The notes below the pieces were generated by a model. It saw nothing but the letters and a program-made list of their open reading frames with translations, was not told where the DNA came from and did no database searches. A DNA stretch of 64,000 nucleotides from Balamuthia mandrillaris (taxonomy: Eukaryota), in contig JAVKOQ020000023.1 in the NCBI GenBank assembly GCA_031835245.2, forward strand, positions 62,001-126,000. Direction: 5' to 3'. The position numbers and the translations under genes were made by a program. Shown piece after piece: positions 28,176-40,357 of the stretch. Each line of letters starts with the position of its first letter. Position 1 is the stretch's first letter.

Positions 28176-31100
28176 ATGACTTCGTCGTTCTCGTCGGAGA
28201 GGTACTGCGATGTGCGCGTGGTGTGTCGGTTTCGCCCGGTGACTGAAGTCGAGAGCAAACGGACTTGCATCAGCGACACCGAGGAGGGGGAACCGTGCTT
28301 CGAGTTTCCATCGGAGAGCACGGTTCAGGCGCTGCGCGGTTCCGCCTCCAACAAAAGCGACGAGAGCTTCACCTTTGATCGGGTGTTCTCTGGGACCACC
28401 GTCACGCAAAAGGAGGTTTACGAATACGCCGCCAAGGAAACTGTTGAGTACGTTAGCTTTAAATCTAGGTCAGATTTTTTTGTTTAACGAAGAAATAACG
28501 GCTCCATTCGGGATGGCTAAAGGGATGTGCTGAAAGGTTACAACGGGACGATCTTTGCGTACGGCCAAACGGGAGCAGGCAAAAGCTTCACCATGTTTGG
28601 GCCAACTTTGGGTGACCCTGAGCTGCGTGGCATTATTCCTCGTGCTTGCACGTATGCTATGAAGCAGTCTTCTAGCTCTTCTCTTGGCCTTTCTTGTTCT
28701 TCTTCTGCTTCTGCCCTGATTATTCTTTTTGCTTTGCTTGTTTATTCTGGTTCTTGTGCCTCTTCTTGTTCTGCTGCTGCTGCTTCTTGCTCTTCTTGTT
28801 CTTGTTCTTGTTCTTGTTCTTGTTCTTGTTCTTGTTCTTGTTCTTGTTCTTGTTCTTGTTCTTGTTCTTGTTCTTGTTCTTGTTCTTCTTCTTCTTCTTC
28901 TTCTTCTTCTTCTTCTTCTTCTTCTTGTTCTTATTCTTCTTGTTCTTGTTCTTCTTCTTCTTGTTCTTCTTGTTCTTCTTCTTCTTCTTCTTCTCTTCGT
29001 TCTATTGAAATCCTCTCTTTTGTCACCTATTCCTTTTCTACGAAGGCACTTGTTTACACATATCGCACGGGACCGGAGCTCGGGCACAGAGTACACCATC
29101 AAGTGCTCTTTTCTGGAGATCTACAAGGAACGTGTCAGAGATTTGCTAAATCCAAAGAATGCCAACCTGAAGGTTCGCGAGACTCCTTCTCGTGGAGTTT
29201 GGGTTGATAATCTTACAGAAGAGGTGCGTTTGAATTCCCCTTCTTTGGAAAAACTTTCTCGGCTTTTCTAAAACAAACGACACTTACAATACACTATCAG
29301 TTTGTGCATTCAGAGGAAGAAGTGTTGGAGTTATTGGGATTTGGCGAGAGATTCCGATCTGTTGCTGCTACTGAAATCAATGCCTTAAGCAGTCGAAGTC
29401 ACAGGTACATTTCCTCCTTTCATCGATTTTCTTGCTGCTGGTCCTTCAAATCCTCGTAAACAGTAACTGAAAACTCTGCGCACGTTAAAAAACAGCCTAT
29501 TCACATTAACGCTCCACCAAAAACTGCGGGATGGGTCCACAAAGACAGGGAAGCTGAACTTGGCGGATTTGGCAGGGTCAGAGAAAGTGAGCAAATCAGG
29601 AGCAAGCGGAGAAACGCTGGAAGAAGCCAAGAAGATCAACCAATCCCTCAGCGCCCTGGGGAACTGCATCTCTGCTCTCTCCAAGCTGCCCAAAGGAGCC
29701 AACCCGCCGAGCCAAGCAGCAGCCACCAGCAAGCACATTCCTTATCGGGACTCCAAGCTGACATTCATTCTGAGGGAATCGTTGGGAGGGAACAGCAAGA
29801 CCACTTTGGTCTGTGCTTGTTCTCCACACTCCTCCAACTTGGAGGAAACTGTTTCCACTCTTCGTTTTGGTCAAAGGTTTGCTTCCTCCTCTTTTTATGC
29901 TTATTCGTCCTGTACTTCTCCTGGGGTCATTCTCAAAAACTCATACTCTATTAAAGGGCAAAACAAATAAAGAACACAGTGCAAGTGAATCAACAACGCA
30001 GCGCAGAAGAGCTATCAGCCATAATTGCTCAGCTCAGGAAAGAAGTTGCTATGTTGCGTCGGCAAGTGGCTTCTTTGCAAGCTGAATTGAAGAAGTACAA
30101 ATCAGACGGCACCAATAACACCAGTAACATAGACACAACGAATGGTGCTCGCTCCAACGCAACCCCTTCTGCTGCTTCTTCTCCATTTCGTTTCTCTCTG
30201 TCTCGCAAAAACAGCACCAAAACCGCAATTTCTCCTCGTCGAAGTCAGGTCCCGGCCGCAAGCGATAAAGAAGCGAAGCTAAATGAAGTAGAAGAAGAAA
30301 GAGAGGATGATACGGAATCCACTTCTTACTATGACCCTGTGGCTGCGGCAGAGGCTGTTTTGGAGTTGGAACGGTTGAGAGAGTCTTCTAATCTTCGCAT
30401 TGAAGAGCTGATGGATGAACTCAAAGTTGTGCGTACAAACACTCTCTCCCTTTTTCTTTCTTTGTATTAAATTCTTTACAATAGTTGGAAAGTACAGAAA
30501 AGGAGCAATCAACGAAGATAGAACGGATGAAGGAAGAACTACACCTTAAGGATGAAATCATTGCAAGGACGACAAGTGAGGCATCAAATGCGGAGGCTAA
30601 CTTCCTTCAGCAACTCAACAAAGCGGACTACGCTGCAAAACAGCTACAATATGACGTGCGGCCATTCTCCCTGTTTTTCTGTAGTCTCTACTCTCTGCTC
30701 TTTCTTGTATTTGTGGATGTTGTTTGTGTTATTACGCTGCGCTGTAGATTTGTTGTCTGCAAATTCTCATGCCTCATTAACAGATGGAGCAACAAGCCCA
30801 AGAGATAAAGGCGTTGTCTGAGTATAATGCTTTGCTAAAGACAAGAGCAGAGGAGGAAGCAAATAAAGCTACTGCTATGCAAACGGAGAATCAGGCTTTA
30901 TTGCTCTCCCAGGAACATCTGCTAAGAAAGAACAAGCTAGCTGAGGAGCGTGTTCAAGTTTGCCAAGCATCTCTTGAGGAACTCCAAAACCAAGGTTCTT
31001 TCTCTTTCTTATCGCTCACTTATCCCTTTGCTGAACAACTCCAAAATCAACCGAAATACAGTAAAAAACTTAATGGGAGGCTTGGAAACGCTTCAACAAA

Positions 31101-32513
31101 AGAAACGACAGGCACAGAAGGAGCGGGATGAGGCGCTGCATATGCTCGAGACGATCAAACAAGAGAAGAATGGACTGGAATTGCTTCTCCAAAGCCAACG
31201 CTTAGCTCACGCTGAGCAACATTTCTCTGTTGACGAGCAGGTAAGTTCCTCTCCTCTGTGCTCTCTCCTCTCTTCTTTCCCTTTCTCCCTTATGTATTGT
31301 ATTAACGTCAAAAAAACAAAGGTGAAAAGGTTGGAACACGAGATGGAAAAGCTGGTTCAACAAAACCAACAGCTCGCTGCCGACGCTCAACAAGCCAAAC
31401 TAGACAACCAACAACTGCGCAGCTTGTTGAAAGAATCCGAAGCCAAACAAACCTCTGAAAGAAACTCTTTAAGCCGGCAGTTGAGCGATGCTCAAAACGC
31501 GATCGAGAAGGAGCAGCAGCGAAGTCAACGAGCTGAGATTGCTTTAGAAGAGAAAGAGATAGAAGCGAGAGAAGCATTGCTCCGAGCAAGCTCGCTTGCA
31601 TCAGACCTGGAAGAACGAGATATGCTTTACGAACAACTGAGAGTGGAGAAAGACTCACTTTTGGCAACGCACAAAAAGAAGGATGAAGAAAAGGATAGAA
31701 GGTTGACTGAAATGGAACAAGAGATGAATCGCATGAAGCAGGAAATGCAGAAACAACAACAAAAGATGGAAGAGGAGCGAGCCAACCACTTGGCAAGAGA
31801 GAAATTGCTCAAAGAGAAGCTTGCTCTTTTCGAGGATGCGGAGAACCGCGCGATGAGGGTGAGGGTTGTTGCTCCTGTTCGTCCTAATATTGTCGCTTCT
31901 GTTTTCAAACGGGTACGTTAGTTTTCTTTCTATCCTTCTCTGATTTGGTCAGCGCTCATCTCTCTGCTGTCTTGAAGCGATGTTTCTTATTTTCTCTATG
32001 CTAACTTATCATTGTTTAAAGAGGCAAAGCCTTACTGCAGGGGCAGGAGCAGGTTTCACAATCGAAAAGGAGCGAGCACGACTCTCGATGGTGGTAAGCA
32101 AAGAAGGGTGGTTGACCAAAGAAGGTGGTTTGGTGCGCAACTGGAAGCAACGCTGGTTTGTCTTACAAGGCCTTTCCTTGCTCTACTTTGAAGCTCCAAG
32201 CAAAGGTTCGTTGTTTCTGTTTTTGTTGATGTTGTTTTATTCTGCTTGGCTCAAAAACAAAACACACAAAACAAAACTTGAACAAAAAACATAAACAGAG
32301 AAACCAAAAGGAAGCATTCCGTTGGATGGATGTTATTTAGGAGTGGTAGAAAACGTTACCAGCAAGAAACATAGCTTCGCCATCTACCACGACTCTCGCC
32401 GCACATTTATTTTACAAGCAGCCTCCGCTGAAGAAATGACTGCTTGGATGGCTGCCATTGACAGCGTCATTCTCTCCACTTCTTCTAGCGCTTCAACAAC
32501 GACAACAACTTAA
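28176..32513 (+). CDS. Kinesin-1-like motor protein with coiled-coil stalk and C-terminal PH domain
   Basis: [63 protein letters not shown] and neck [16 protein letters not shown]. The tail [22 protein letters not shown]...F.LQA.S.EEM..W..AI is a PH domain. Confidence 0.93.
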
Positions 32514-32542
32514 CACTTGAATGCTTCACTTGTTTTTTAGCG

Positions 32543-34114
32543 TTAATCATTGATACTGACAGTTCTTACTCGTTCAAACACCAGTTTCAAGTCTGATAGA
32601 TTAGAGTTATTCCACTCTTCGAAAATCTGCTTCGCTGCTGGTCTAGCTCTTGCCATTTTGACGACGTCATGCATCACCTTTCTAACGACACGTTCCAGGT
32701 TATTCTCTCGCTGTTTCTTCTTTTCTTGTTCCAACGAGGTCAACAACAGAGCAGCCTCCTCCATCTTTCCGCTTCCAACCAACGCACAAGCCATCAACTC
32801 TTTCGTATGATAATTAACCACCTTCCTCCCCTTCTCTCCCTCCTCTTCCTTCTTTATATCTTCAACTTGCTGTTGATCATGTTGAAGCAGATGAAGGAGA
32901 TACTCGGCAACATCAGCAACCCGTTGAGGCCAACCGCTCGCCAAGAAGGCCATCATTGCAAGATTGGAATGCTTGGGTCCGGCCTGGAGGTCGTACTCCT
33001 TCATCTTTTTCAACATGGTGAAGGCTCTCTCCGGTCTTCCCTTCTCCGCATAATACTGTATCACCAGCGCCATAACCTCTTCGTCAGGTTCGTCCTCTAT
33101 CTTTTCCTCGTTTTTTTCTTCTTTCTTTGTTTCATTGTTTTGTTTTTCCATCTTTGGTTGTTGACGTTGGTTTTGCTGAATACGTTTTGCAAGAACGCGT
33201 ATAGGTAAACCGTTGTAAAGCACGTTTTCGTTGGGAGGCAACATGTTCTCTCTTAGCATCAGGTTGAACAGGCGAACGGCTTCTGCTGGCTCTTTGATGG
33301 AATCCAGAACAGACGTTGTTGTTTTGTCTGGCTCTGGTCTCTTGGTTGTTGGATTCGCTGTCGCACTTTTTCTTTCCGTCCCTTTTGTTTTGGGGTGTTG
33401 TTGTTGTTGTGCGTGTTGTGGTTGCTGGTGTCGTCTTTTGTTTTTATCGTTGTCGTTGGCATTGGCATCGTCGTTCTTTCTCATCTTCATTTCTTTTGCT
33501 TTTTGTCTGACTGCTTCCATCAGCTGTTTCACATCCTCTCTCAGCTTTGCAGGAGATTTCGCCGTGGTTGCATTGCTTTTGTTGCCCGAGGCGTGTTGTT
33601 GCTGCTGGCTTTGGCGTTGTGGGTGTTTTCGTTTTCCTTTCCCTCCTTCTACTTCTTTGGAGTGTTGAGTAACGTCCTTCACTGCAGCGTTTTCCTGTTG
33701 TTGCTCTCTCTCAAAGGCGGCTCGTTTCTTTGCCTTCCTTGCTATTCTGGCTCGTTTGTTCCTCTCTTTCTGCTTTTGTTTTTCGGCGTTCTCTCTTTCT
33801 TCCGCTGAGAGCTGTTGGCTTTGTTGTTGCGGCTGTGGGCGAACCGCTTTTTGCTGCGAAACACGAGCTTGGTGCGAAGAAGAAGAAGAGGAAGAAGAGG
33901 AAGAGCTTCGCGCTTGACGGCCATCATCTTCAGCAAAAACAACGGAAGAGGAAGAAAAATAACGAGCGCGACAAAGGGATGGTGATGAGACCGAAAGGAA
34001 GAACGGACGTAAGGTTGCTACAGGTCGACCATGAAGTCCTCGTGTCGTTGTACAGAACAAAGCTAGAGAAGGACCACGTCTTGCGGGAGGCAGAAGAAAC
34101 GAACGACAAGCCAT
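32543..34114 (-). CDS. Intronless pentatricopeptide-repeat (PPR)-containing protein with probable mitochondrial presequence
   Basis: Arg/Ser-rich, acid-free N-terminus (MACRSFLLPPARRG...RYFSSSS). PPR-like unit PDEEVMALVIQYYAEKGRPERAFTMLKKMKEYDLQ plus adjacent degenerate units. Confidence 0.7.
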   Translation of the reverse strand: MACRSFLLPPARRGPSLALFCTTTRGLHGRPVATLRPFFLSVSSPSLCRARYFSSSSVVFAEDDGRQARSSSSSSSSSSSHQARVSQQKAVRPQPQQQSQQLSAEERENAEKQKQKERNKRARIARKAKKRAAFEREQQQENAAVKDVTQHSKEVEGGKGKRKHPQRQSQQQQHASGNKSNATTAKSPAKLREDVKQLMEAVRQKAKEMKMRKNDDANANDNDKNKRRHQQPQHAQQQQHPKTKGTERKSATANPTTKRPEPDKTTTSVLDSIKEPAEAVRLFNLMLRENMLPPNENVLYNGLPIRVLAKRIQQNQRQQPKMEKQNNETKKEEKNEEKIEDEPDEEVMALVIQYYAEKGRPERAFTMLKKMKEYDLQAGPKHSNLAMMAFLASGWPQRVADVAEYLLHLLQHDQQQVEDIKKEEEGEKGRKVVNYHTKELMACALVGSGKMEEAALLLTSLEQEKKKQRENNLERVVRKVMHDVVKMARARPAAKQIFEEWNNSNLSDLKLVFERVRTVSIND

Positions 34115-34615
34115 CTTTCTTTTCTGAATTCCTTTGTTGTTTTCTTTTTCCGAATTCGTGACGACATGGTATTTACAACGTCGGCATAAAATGTGGTATT
34201 TAAAGTCGACCAATTAGATTAAGCTTGAGGAGTCACAATGTTGACTTTAATACCCGTTTTCGGCAAATACGGTAATAATGTCGACGAAGTAACCATAATT
34301 GGATAAAACGTAAGGAGTTTTCATCATAAATGCACGGGGCAAGCGAATCGGAAAGCATAGGCGCCAATATTAGATTTGTCTTTGCCTCTTTCTTCCGAGG
34401 ACTTTTTTCTTCTTCCATCTTCTTTCTCCCCATCCACCCACCCACCCACCCACTATTGCTTTGTCCTCCATTAGTTTTTTTTCGTTTCATCCTAGTACTC
34501 TCCCACTTTCAAAAACACCACCCACCCACCCACACTCGCGCAAACGCTTTGTTTGCTCTCTTCTTCGTTTCTCTGTTTTTTTCCCCAGCGAAAAAATAAA
34601 CGGAAAAGAAAGCAA

Positions 34616-35704
34616 ATGGAAACTCTTGGACAGGTGAGAGGGAAGGAGGAGGAGGGGACGGAGCAGCTTCCCCCCCAGGACGTGTTCATGGGGCTGCCCA
34701 AACAGCTCTACGAGAAAAGCAGCGCCAAAGCGATGCTCCGCCTGGTGAGGGCCTTGGCCTACGTCTCCCTGGCCTACGTCGTCCTCACCCAGCTGCCGTG
34801 GTACCTCCTGCCGCTGGGCTGGCTCTTGGTGGGAACCACTATGGGCAGCGTATGTCTTTTCCCTTTCTTTCTCTCTCCCTCGTTCTTTCTTTCTTTCGTT
34901 TTCTTTCTTTTTTTTTCTTTTCTTTTTTTCTTTTTTCTTTTTCTTTTTCTTTTTTTTCTTTTTTTTTCTTTTTTTCTTTTTCTTTTTCTTTTTCTTTTTT
35001 CTTTCTAAGAGTTTTTTTTTTGTGGTGCTATATAATACAGTTATTGGCGGTGGCGTACGCTTGCCACACGAACGCCTTTTTCAACAACACGCTCGTGAAC
35101 CATGTGGTCGGCCAATTGGCTCTTCTTCCGTTGATGACTCCCTTCGAGTCATGGTTCTCTTTTCTTCCCCTCTCTCTTCTTTCTCTCTTTTTCTTTCTTA
35201 CTTGTTATCTCTCTTATCCCTTCTCTTCATCGTTCTCTTCATCGTTCTCTTCATCGTTCTCTTCTCTCTTCTCTCTTCTCTCTTCTCTCTTCTCTCTTCT
35301 CTCTTCTCTCTTCTCTCTTCTCTCTTCTCTCTTCTCTCTTCTCTCTTTCTCTCTTCTCTCTTCTCTCTTCTCTCTTCTCTCTTCTCTCTTCTCTCTTCTC
35401 TCTTCTCTCTCTCTCTCTCTTTGTTTTTCTGATCTTTCTTTCGATACATATAAAAAGGCACGATCACTTCACCCAAAAGAAAGAGACAATGAAGCAGAGA
35501 GTGACGGATTATCTGTCGCGGGGTCCCTTCTGGTGGAGCTCTTCCTACTGGCAATTTTTGGTCTCCAACGTGGAAGGCTTTTTGGCGTTGGCGCCTTGCA
35601 TGGGCACCGCCACTAAGAAACGCATCATTGGTATTTTTCCTTTTCTTCTTTCGTTTTTTCTTCACTAGCCTCTTTCATTGTTCGTTGTTCTCTCTCTCCC
35701 TCTT

Positions 35705-35742
<38 letters not shown>

Positions 35743-37929
35743 GTCTCTCTCCTTTCATCTTATATAACTGAACATTTTGATATCAAACCAAAAGGAAACG
35801 TTGTAATGTTGTACATATTTGTGGCTATTTTCTTTCCGTTGATGGCGTATAATGTGGGCCTTTGGGGGCTGTGCAAGTATTACTTCTTCCCGTTGATGGT
35901 GTACCACTTTTGGGCATCCTCCTTCCTTAAGACTTCCAGCATTCTTAAAGTGCTGCAGATCCAACACAGCGACTTTGTGACATTGGCGTACTACAAGTAT
36001 CCCAAGTGGGTAGAGTTCCTTAGCTTGGAACTCAACTACGCCATCTCTTCGCTTCAACACTTGCACCAAGTTGCCATCGTCGAGAAGACTCAAAAGTTCT
36101 CCTCTGCCTTCAAGAATTATCTCGATGAAGATGAAGAAGATGATGAAGAGGAGGAGAAAGAAATGGAAAAAGAAAGTGAGGAGGACGAAAAGCTTCGTGT
36201 GATGAAGAGAGAAGGAGCGGCTCCTCCGTTCGCTCCTACCATTCCTTATTACAACCTCAAAGAGGCCATCAACTTCATTCGCAATCACTCTGCAGCTGCC
36301 TCCATTAAAGCTTCTTCCTCTAACATGATCCAAAAATGGCGTTTGGAGGAACATTCCTTCTTCTCTCTCATTTTCGGTTTCGGACAAAACGAGAACGAAA
36401 CCAACCTTTCGATGAGAGAAATGATGGCAAGCCTTTGGAAGACCTGTCAAGAGATCAACTGGGTCACCACCACTTACTTGTTTGTGACTCCTCTCATTGC
36501 TCTTTACGGGTTAATTACCTGTGAGCACTACTGGCAAACTTGGTTGTTGGCTTTTGTTCATTACCAGTTGGGAGGCCAGGGTATCACGATGGGTTATCAC
36601 CGCTTGTTCTCGCATCGTTCTTTTTCTGCTCACCCCATCGTCAAGTACATTCTGCTTTTCTTTGCAACTGGTACTGTTTCTCTCTCTTTTTCTTGTTTTT
36701 TTCTTTTCTTTTCGTTTCTTTATTTCCTGTTATTTATTTCTCGTTGTCCATTATGAAGGTTGCTTCCAAATGAGTTGTTTGGATTGGGCAAACGATCATA
36801 GAGCGCATCATCGGTACACAGACACGCCAAAGGATCCCTACAACATCAACAACGGTTTCTGGTATGCCCACATGGGATGGCTCCTCCGTCATCGCAAAGT
36901 GGAATCCAAATCCGACATCAGCGATCTTCGTGCCGATCCTGTGGTACCCTCTCTCTCTCATTTGATTTGTTGTGTTCATGTCTCCACGCATTGTACTATT
37001 TGTTAAAGCGAACGTTTTGCAGCTTCGTTTCCAACACAAATGGTTCCTGCCGCTGGCCGTGCTGCAAGGATATGTGCTTCCTACCGTCATCGCTGGTCTG
37101 TTTTGGGGCGATTGGTGGGGCGGCTTCTTCATTGCTGGCATCTTCAGTCGCGTGATCATTCTGCAGAGCACCTTTTGCGTGAACAGCGTTGCCCATTACT
37201 GGGGCGACTTTACTTATGCTGATCAACGGTTGGTTGCTGTCTTTTTTTGCTTTTCAGCTGTTATAACGAATTACTAACGAAACAAACAGCTCGCCAAAGG
37301 ATTCCTGGTTGGTGGGTCTGTTGACCTTTGGAGAGGGCTACCACAATTTCCATCATGAGTTCCCCTACGACTACCGCAACGGCGCCCACTGGAAGGCATT
37401 TGACCCCACGAAATGGATTATATGGGCGCTGTCGTTCGTCGGCCTCACGTATGACCTCAAGCTCTTCTCGAAGGAGACCATAGCGAAGGGGAAGCTGCAA
37501 ATGAAGGAGAAGCAGCTGATTAGGGAGAGGGAGAGGCTCCATTGGGGACCGCCGGAGGAGACGCTGCCTTACTACACGGAGGAACAGGTGGCCCAGCTTT
37601 GCAGCCGCAAGGAAGGAGGATCCGCGGAGGAGAAAGAGGAGGAAGAGCTGAGGAGAGAAAAGCTGATCATTGTGGACGGCTATGTCCACGAGGTCAGCCA
37701 GTTCATGGAGGAGCATCCGGCTGGAGCGGCCATCATGAAGCCGTACTTGGGCAAGGATGCCAGCCAGGCGTTCAACATCACGGTCTACAACCACAGCAAC
37801 GCAGCGAGGAACATTCTGCAGACCCTTCGCATCGCGCGCGTGAAACCTTCCTCGCCAACATCCTCTCCTTCTCCATCCTCTCCTTCTCCATCCTCCTCTC
37901 CTTCGCCAAAGGGCATCAAAGCCGAATAA
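34616..37929 (+). CDS. Fusion desaturase: His-box-degenerate omega6 (DesA/FAD6-like) domain + delta9 acyl-CoA desaturase + cytochrome b5
   Basis: N-part LPKQLYEKS..KA..LPWYLLPLGW..GT...VNHVVG.LALLPL..PFESW ... YPKWVEFL ... IPYYNL. C-part GYHRLFSH, DHRAHHRYTDT, GFWYAHMGW, TFGEGYHNFHH and cyt b5 FMEEHPAG...NHSNAARNIL. Confidence 0.9.
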
Positions 37930-38339
37930 TTATTATTGTAGCAAATAGAAAATCAAACATTCGGGTTTCTTTGAATTCCGATTCGTCACGAAATTTCCAT
38001 AGCGAAGAAAAAAGAAAGAAAAAAAAGAAAAGAAAAGAAAAGAACAAAAAGAGTTGAGAAGGAAGCGGGAAATGTGATCCCTGCCGTTCCTCACTTGTTC
38101 TTCTTTTTTGCTTTTTTTTTAACCTGCCCTTTTGCTGCTTTAAAAAAAACAACTTTGTTGCGGTTCTATTTTGGTTTAAAACACCAAAACGGGTCGTTCG
38201 TTGCAAACAACAAAAAAGAGAGAGAAGAGGAAGAAGGAAAAGAAGCAACAACGACAGTTGCCAAGAAGCCCTACAAAGGGGGAACCTCTCTCTACAAAAC
38301 AGTCCAAAGAAAAGAAAGAAAGAGAGAGCAAAAAAAAAA

Positions 38340-40269
38340 ATGAGAGACAAAGTTGGCAAAAAGTTACACAATCCAGCAAACCTCCTCCAACAAGCCTCCC
38401 TTTCCGTCGCCAAGCACATCGACTACTACCTGCCCGACCTAACGCCCGCCCACCTCCAGCAGTTCACGCACCTCCTCACCGCCTTTGACGACGCCTACCT
38501 GCCCCCTCACCTGGCCGACCAGCTCATCCGCTGCCTGCAGAGCACCAAGCGGCTGAGGGTGGATTACTACTGCGCGCTGCTACGCTGCTCGGAGGAAACG
38601 AGCACGGCGGACCTCTCGGCCCTCAAGCTGCCCCAACCGGACACGAAGCCGCTGGGCTGCAGCCCCATCGACTTTGTGCTGCTCCATGGGGTGGGGCGTT
38701 GCAGGAACCTCACCACGCTCAACCTGGCTCGCTGCGGGAAGAAGGCCACCAACGCGGCCTTGCAAGAGGCCCTCTCCGGGCTGCCCCGACTGAGGCACGT
38801 CGATCTTTCTGGCTGGGACAAGCTCTCCGATCGAACGTTGGAGGTGTTGGTGCGAACGACCCACAAGAAGAACAAGAGAGAGGGCAAAAACGAGAGCGAG
38901 AACGAGGAAGAGAGCAAGGGAGCAGGACTGCATTCGTTGTCTTTGTCGTTGTGCTGTCGGTTGAGTTCGCAAAAGTTGGGCGAATTGGCGGGTGGACTTT
39001 GTGGGTTGGTGCGGTTGAATCTGAACGGGTGTTCTTGGCTGGAGGACGACGCTTTGTTGCAGCTGTTTCACCATTGTACTGCTTTGAAGAGCTTAGACTT
39101 GGCTGGTATGTTAGCTTCGCTCGTTTTCATCTTCTATTTCATCATCATCTTCTGCTTTTTAATTAGTTTTCTGACTTTCTTTTCCTGTTCTTTGCTTTTT
39201 TTTTCTCTGTCAAGGTTGTTGGGAAGTGACAGATAGAGCGTTTGCCGACACCGTTTCTTTTGCCAACCATAACGAGAAGGCATTTATAATAGAACGAGGA
39301 ACGGCGGCGGCCTTCAACAGACAAACGGGGCTGACTTATTTAGACGTGAGCGTTACAACTATCAGCGATAAGAGCGTGCATGCCATTGCCACCGTTTGCA
39401 CACAGCTACAAACGCTCATTATGGAGGGATGTCTCTCCGTGACCGACAATGCCTTTCTTCTTCCTTCTGCTTCCACTTCTTCTTCGCATAGTCCATTTTG
39501 TAGTTTACAAGAGCTGAAGCTTGGTGGATGCACTTCCATTCGTGGGGATAATGCTCTTCGCAATATTGTTCGCAACTGCCCTCACCTTCAAAAGCTAGCT
39601 CTCCCCCCTTCCTCCTCATATCAATCGTTATGGCGGATACTCGGCTGTTACTCATTGGAACCGGAAGAAGATGACGATGACGATGATGAAGAGGATGAAG
39701 GAATTCATAGAGGATTGTCTGACCTTAGATGGTTGAGCCTTCGCAACTGTAATCAAATCATTTCACCATTTCCATCATCAGAAGGAGATGAGGAAGAACA
39801 AGCGGCGATGGAAAGTGATGACGAAGATAACGACAAGGAAGGACTTCAGCGTAGCCCCACATCTCCTCTTAGTCGGTTGCGGCACTTGGACTTTACCGCC
39901 TCTTCCATCGGCGATGACATCTTGCAAGACCTTGCTCGCGCCTTTTCTCTGTCTTCTTCTTCCACTAATGCTGATGGCATCAACGAGAAGGGGAGAATAG
40001 AACAAGAAGGGCTGACAGAGCTTTGCTTATCCGGATGTACTGCCGTGGGTAACGTTGGCGTAGAAGCCATTGCACTCAGCTGTCGTTGCACGCTAACGCA
40101 CCTGGACGTATCGCGGTGTCCGCGAGTGACCGTCCAAGCTTTGAAGAGGGTGTTGCCGGAGATGAAGGCCTTGCGCACAGTGTCTCTGCTCTCTTGCACT
40201 CGCATCACCGTTTCTCATTTTAATGCGTTGCGGGCAACCTATCCTCACATTTCTTTTGTTTGGCGATAG
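38340..40269 (+). CDS. Cysteine-containing LRR protein (FBXL/AMN1-like repeats)
   Basis: Repeated LxxLxLxxCxx(L/I)(T/S)D units (CRNLTTLNLARC, CTQLQTLIMEGCLSVTD, LTHLDVSRCPRVT). One intron. Confidence 0.8.
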
Positions 40270-40357
40270 CAAGGTATTACTTATGATTATAATACTTTCC
40301 ATGTAACAAAAAGTTTCACGAAGTTTGGTCTTCCACCCCTTGAGGAACTTGGGTATT

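Noticed and set aside
28527..29271. Cys-rich SCSCSC ORF as a possible MNIO precursor or metallothionein
   Set aside because: It is a translation of the (TTCTTG)n microsatellite inside a kinesin intron.
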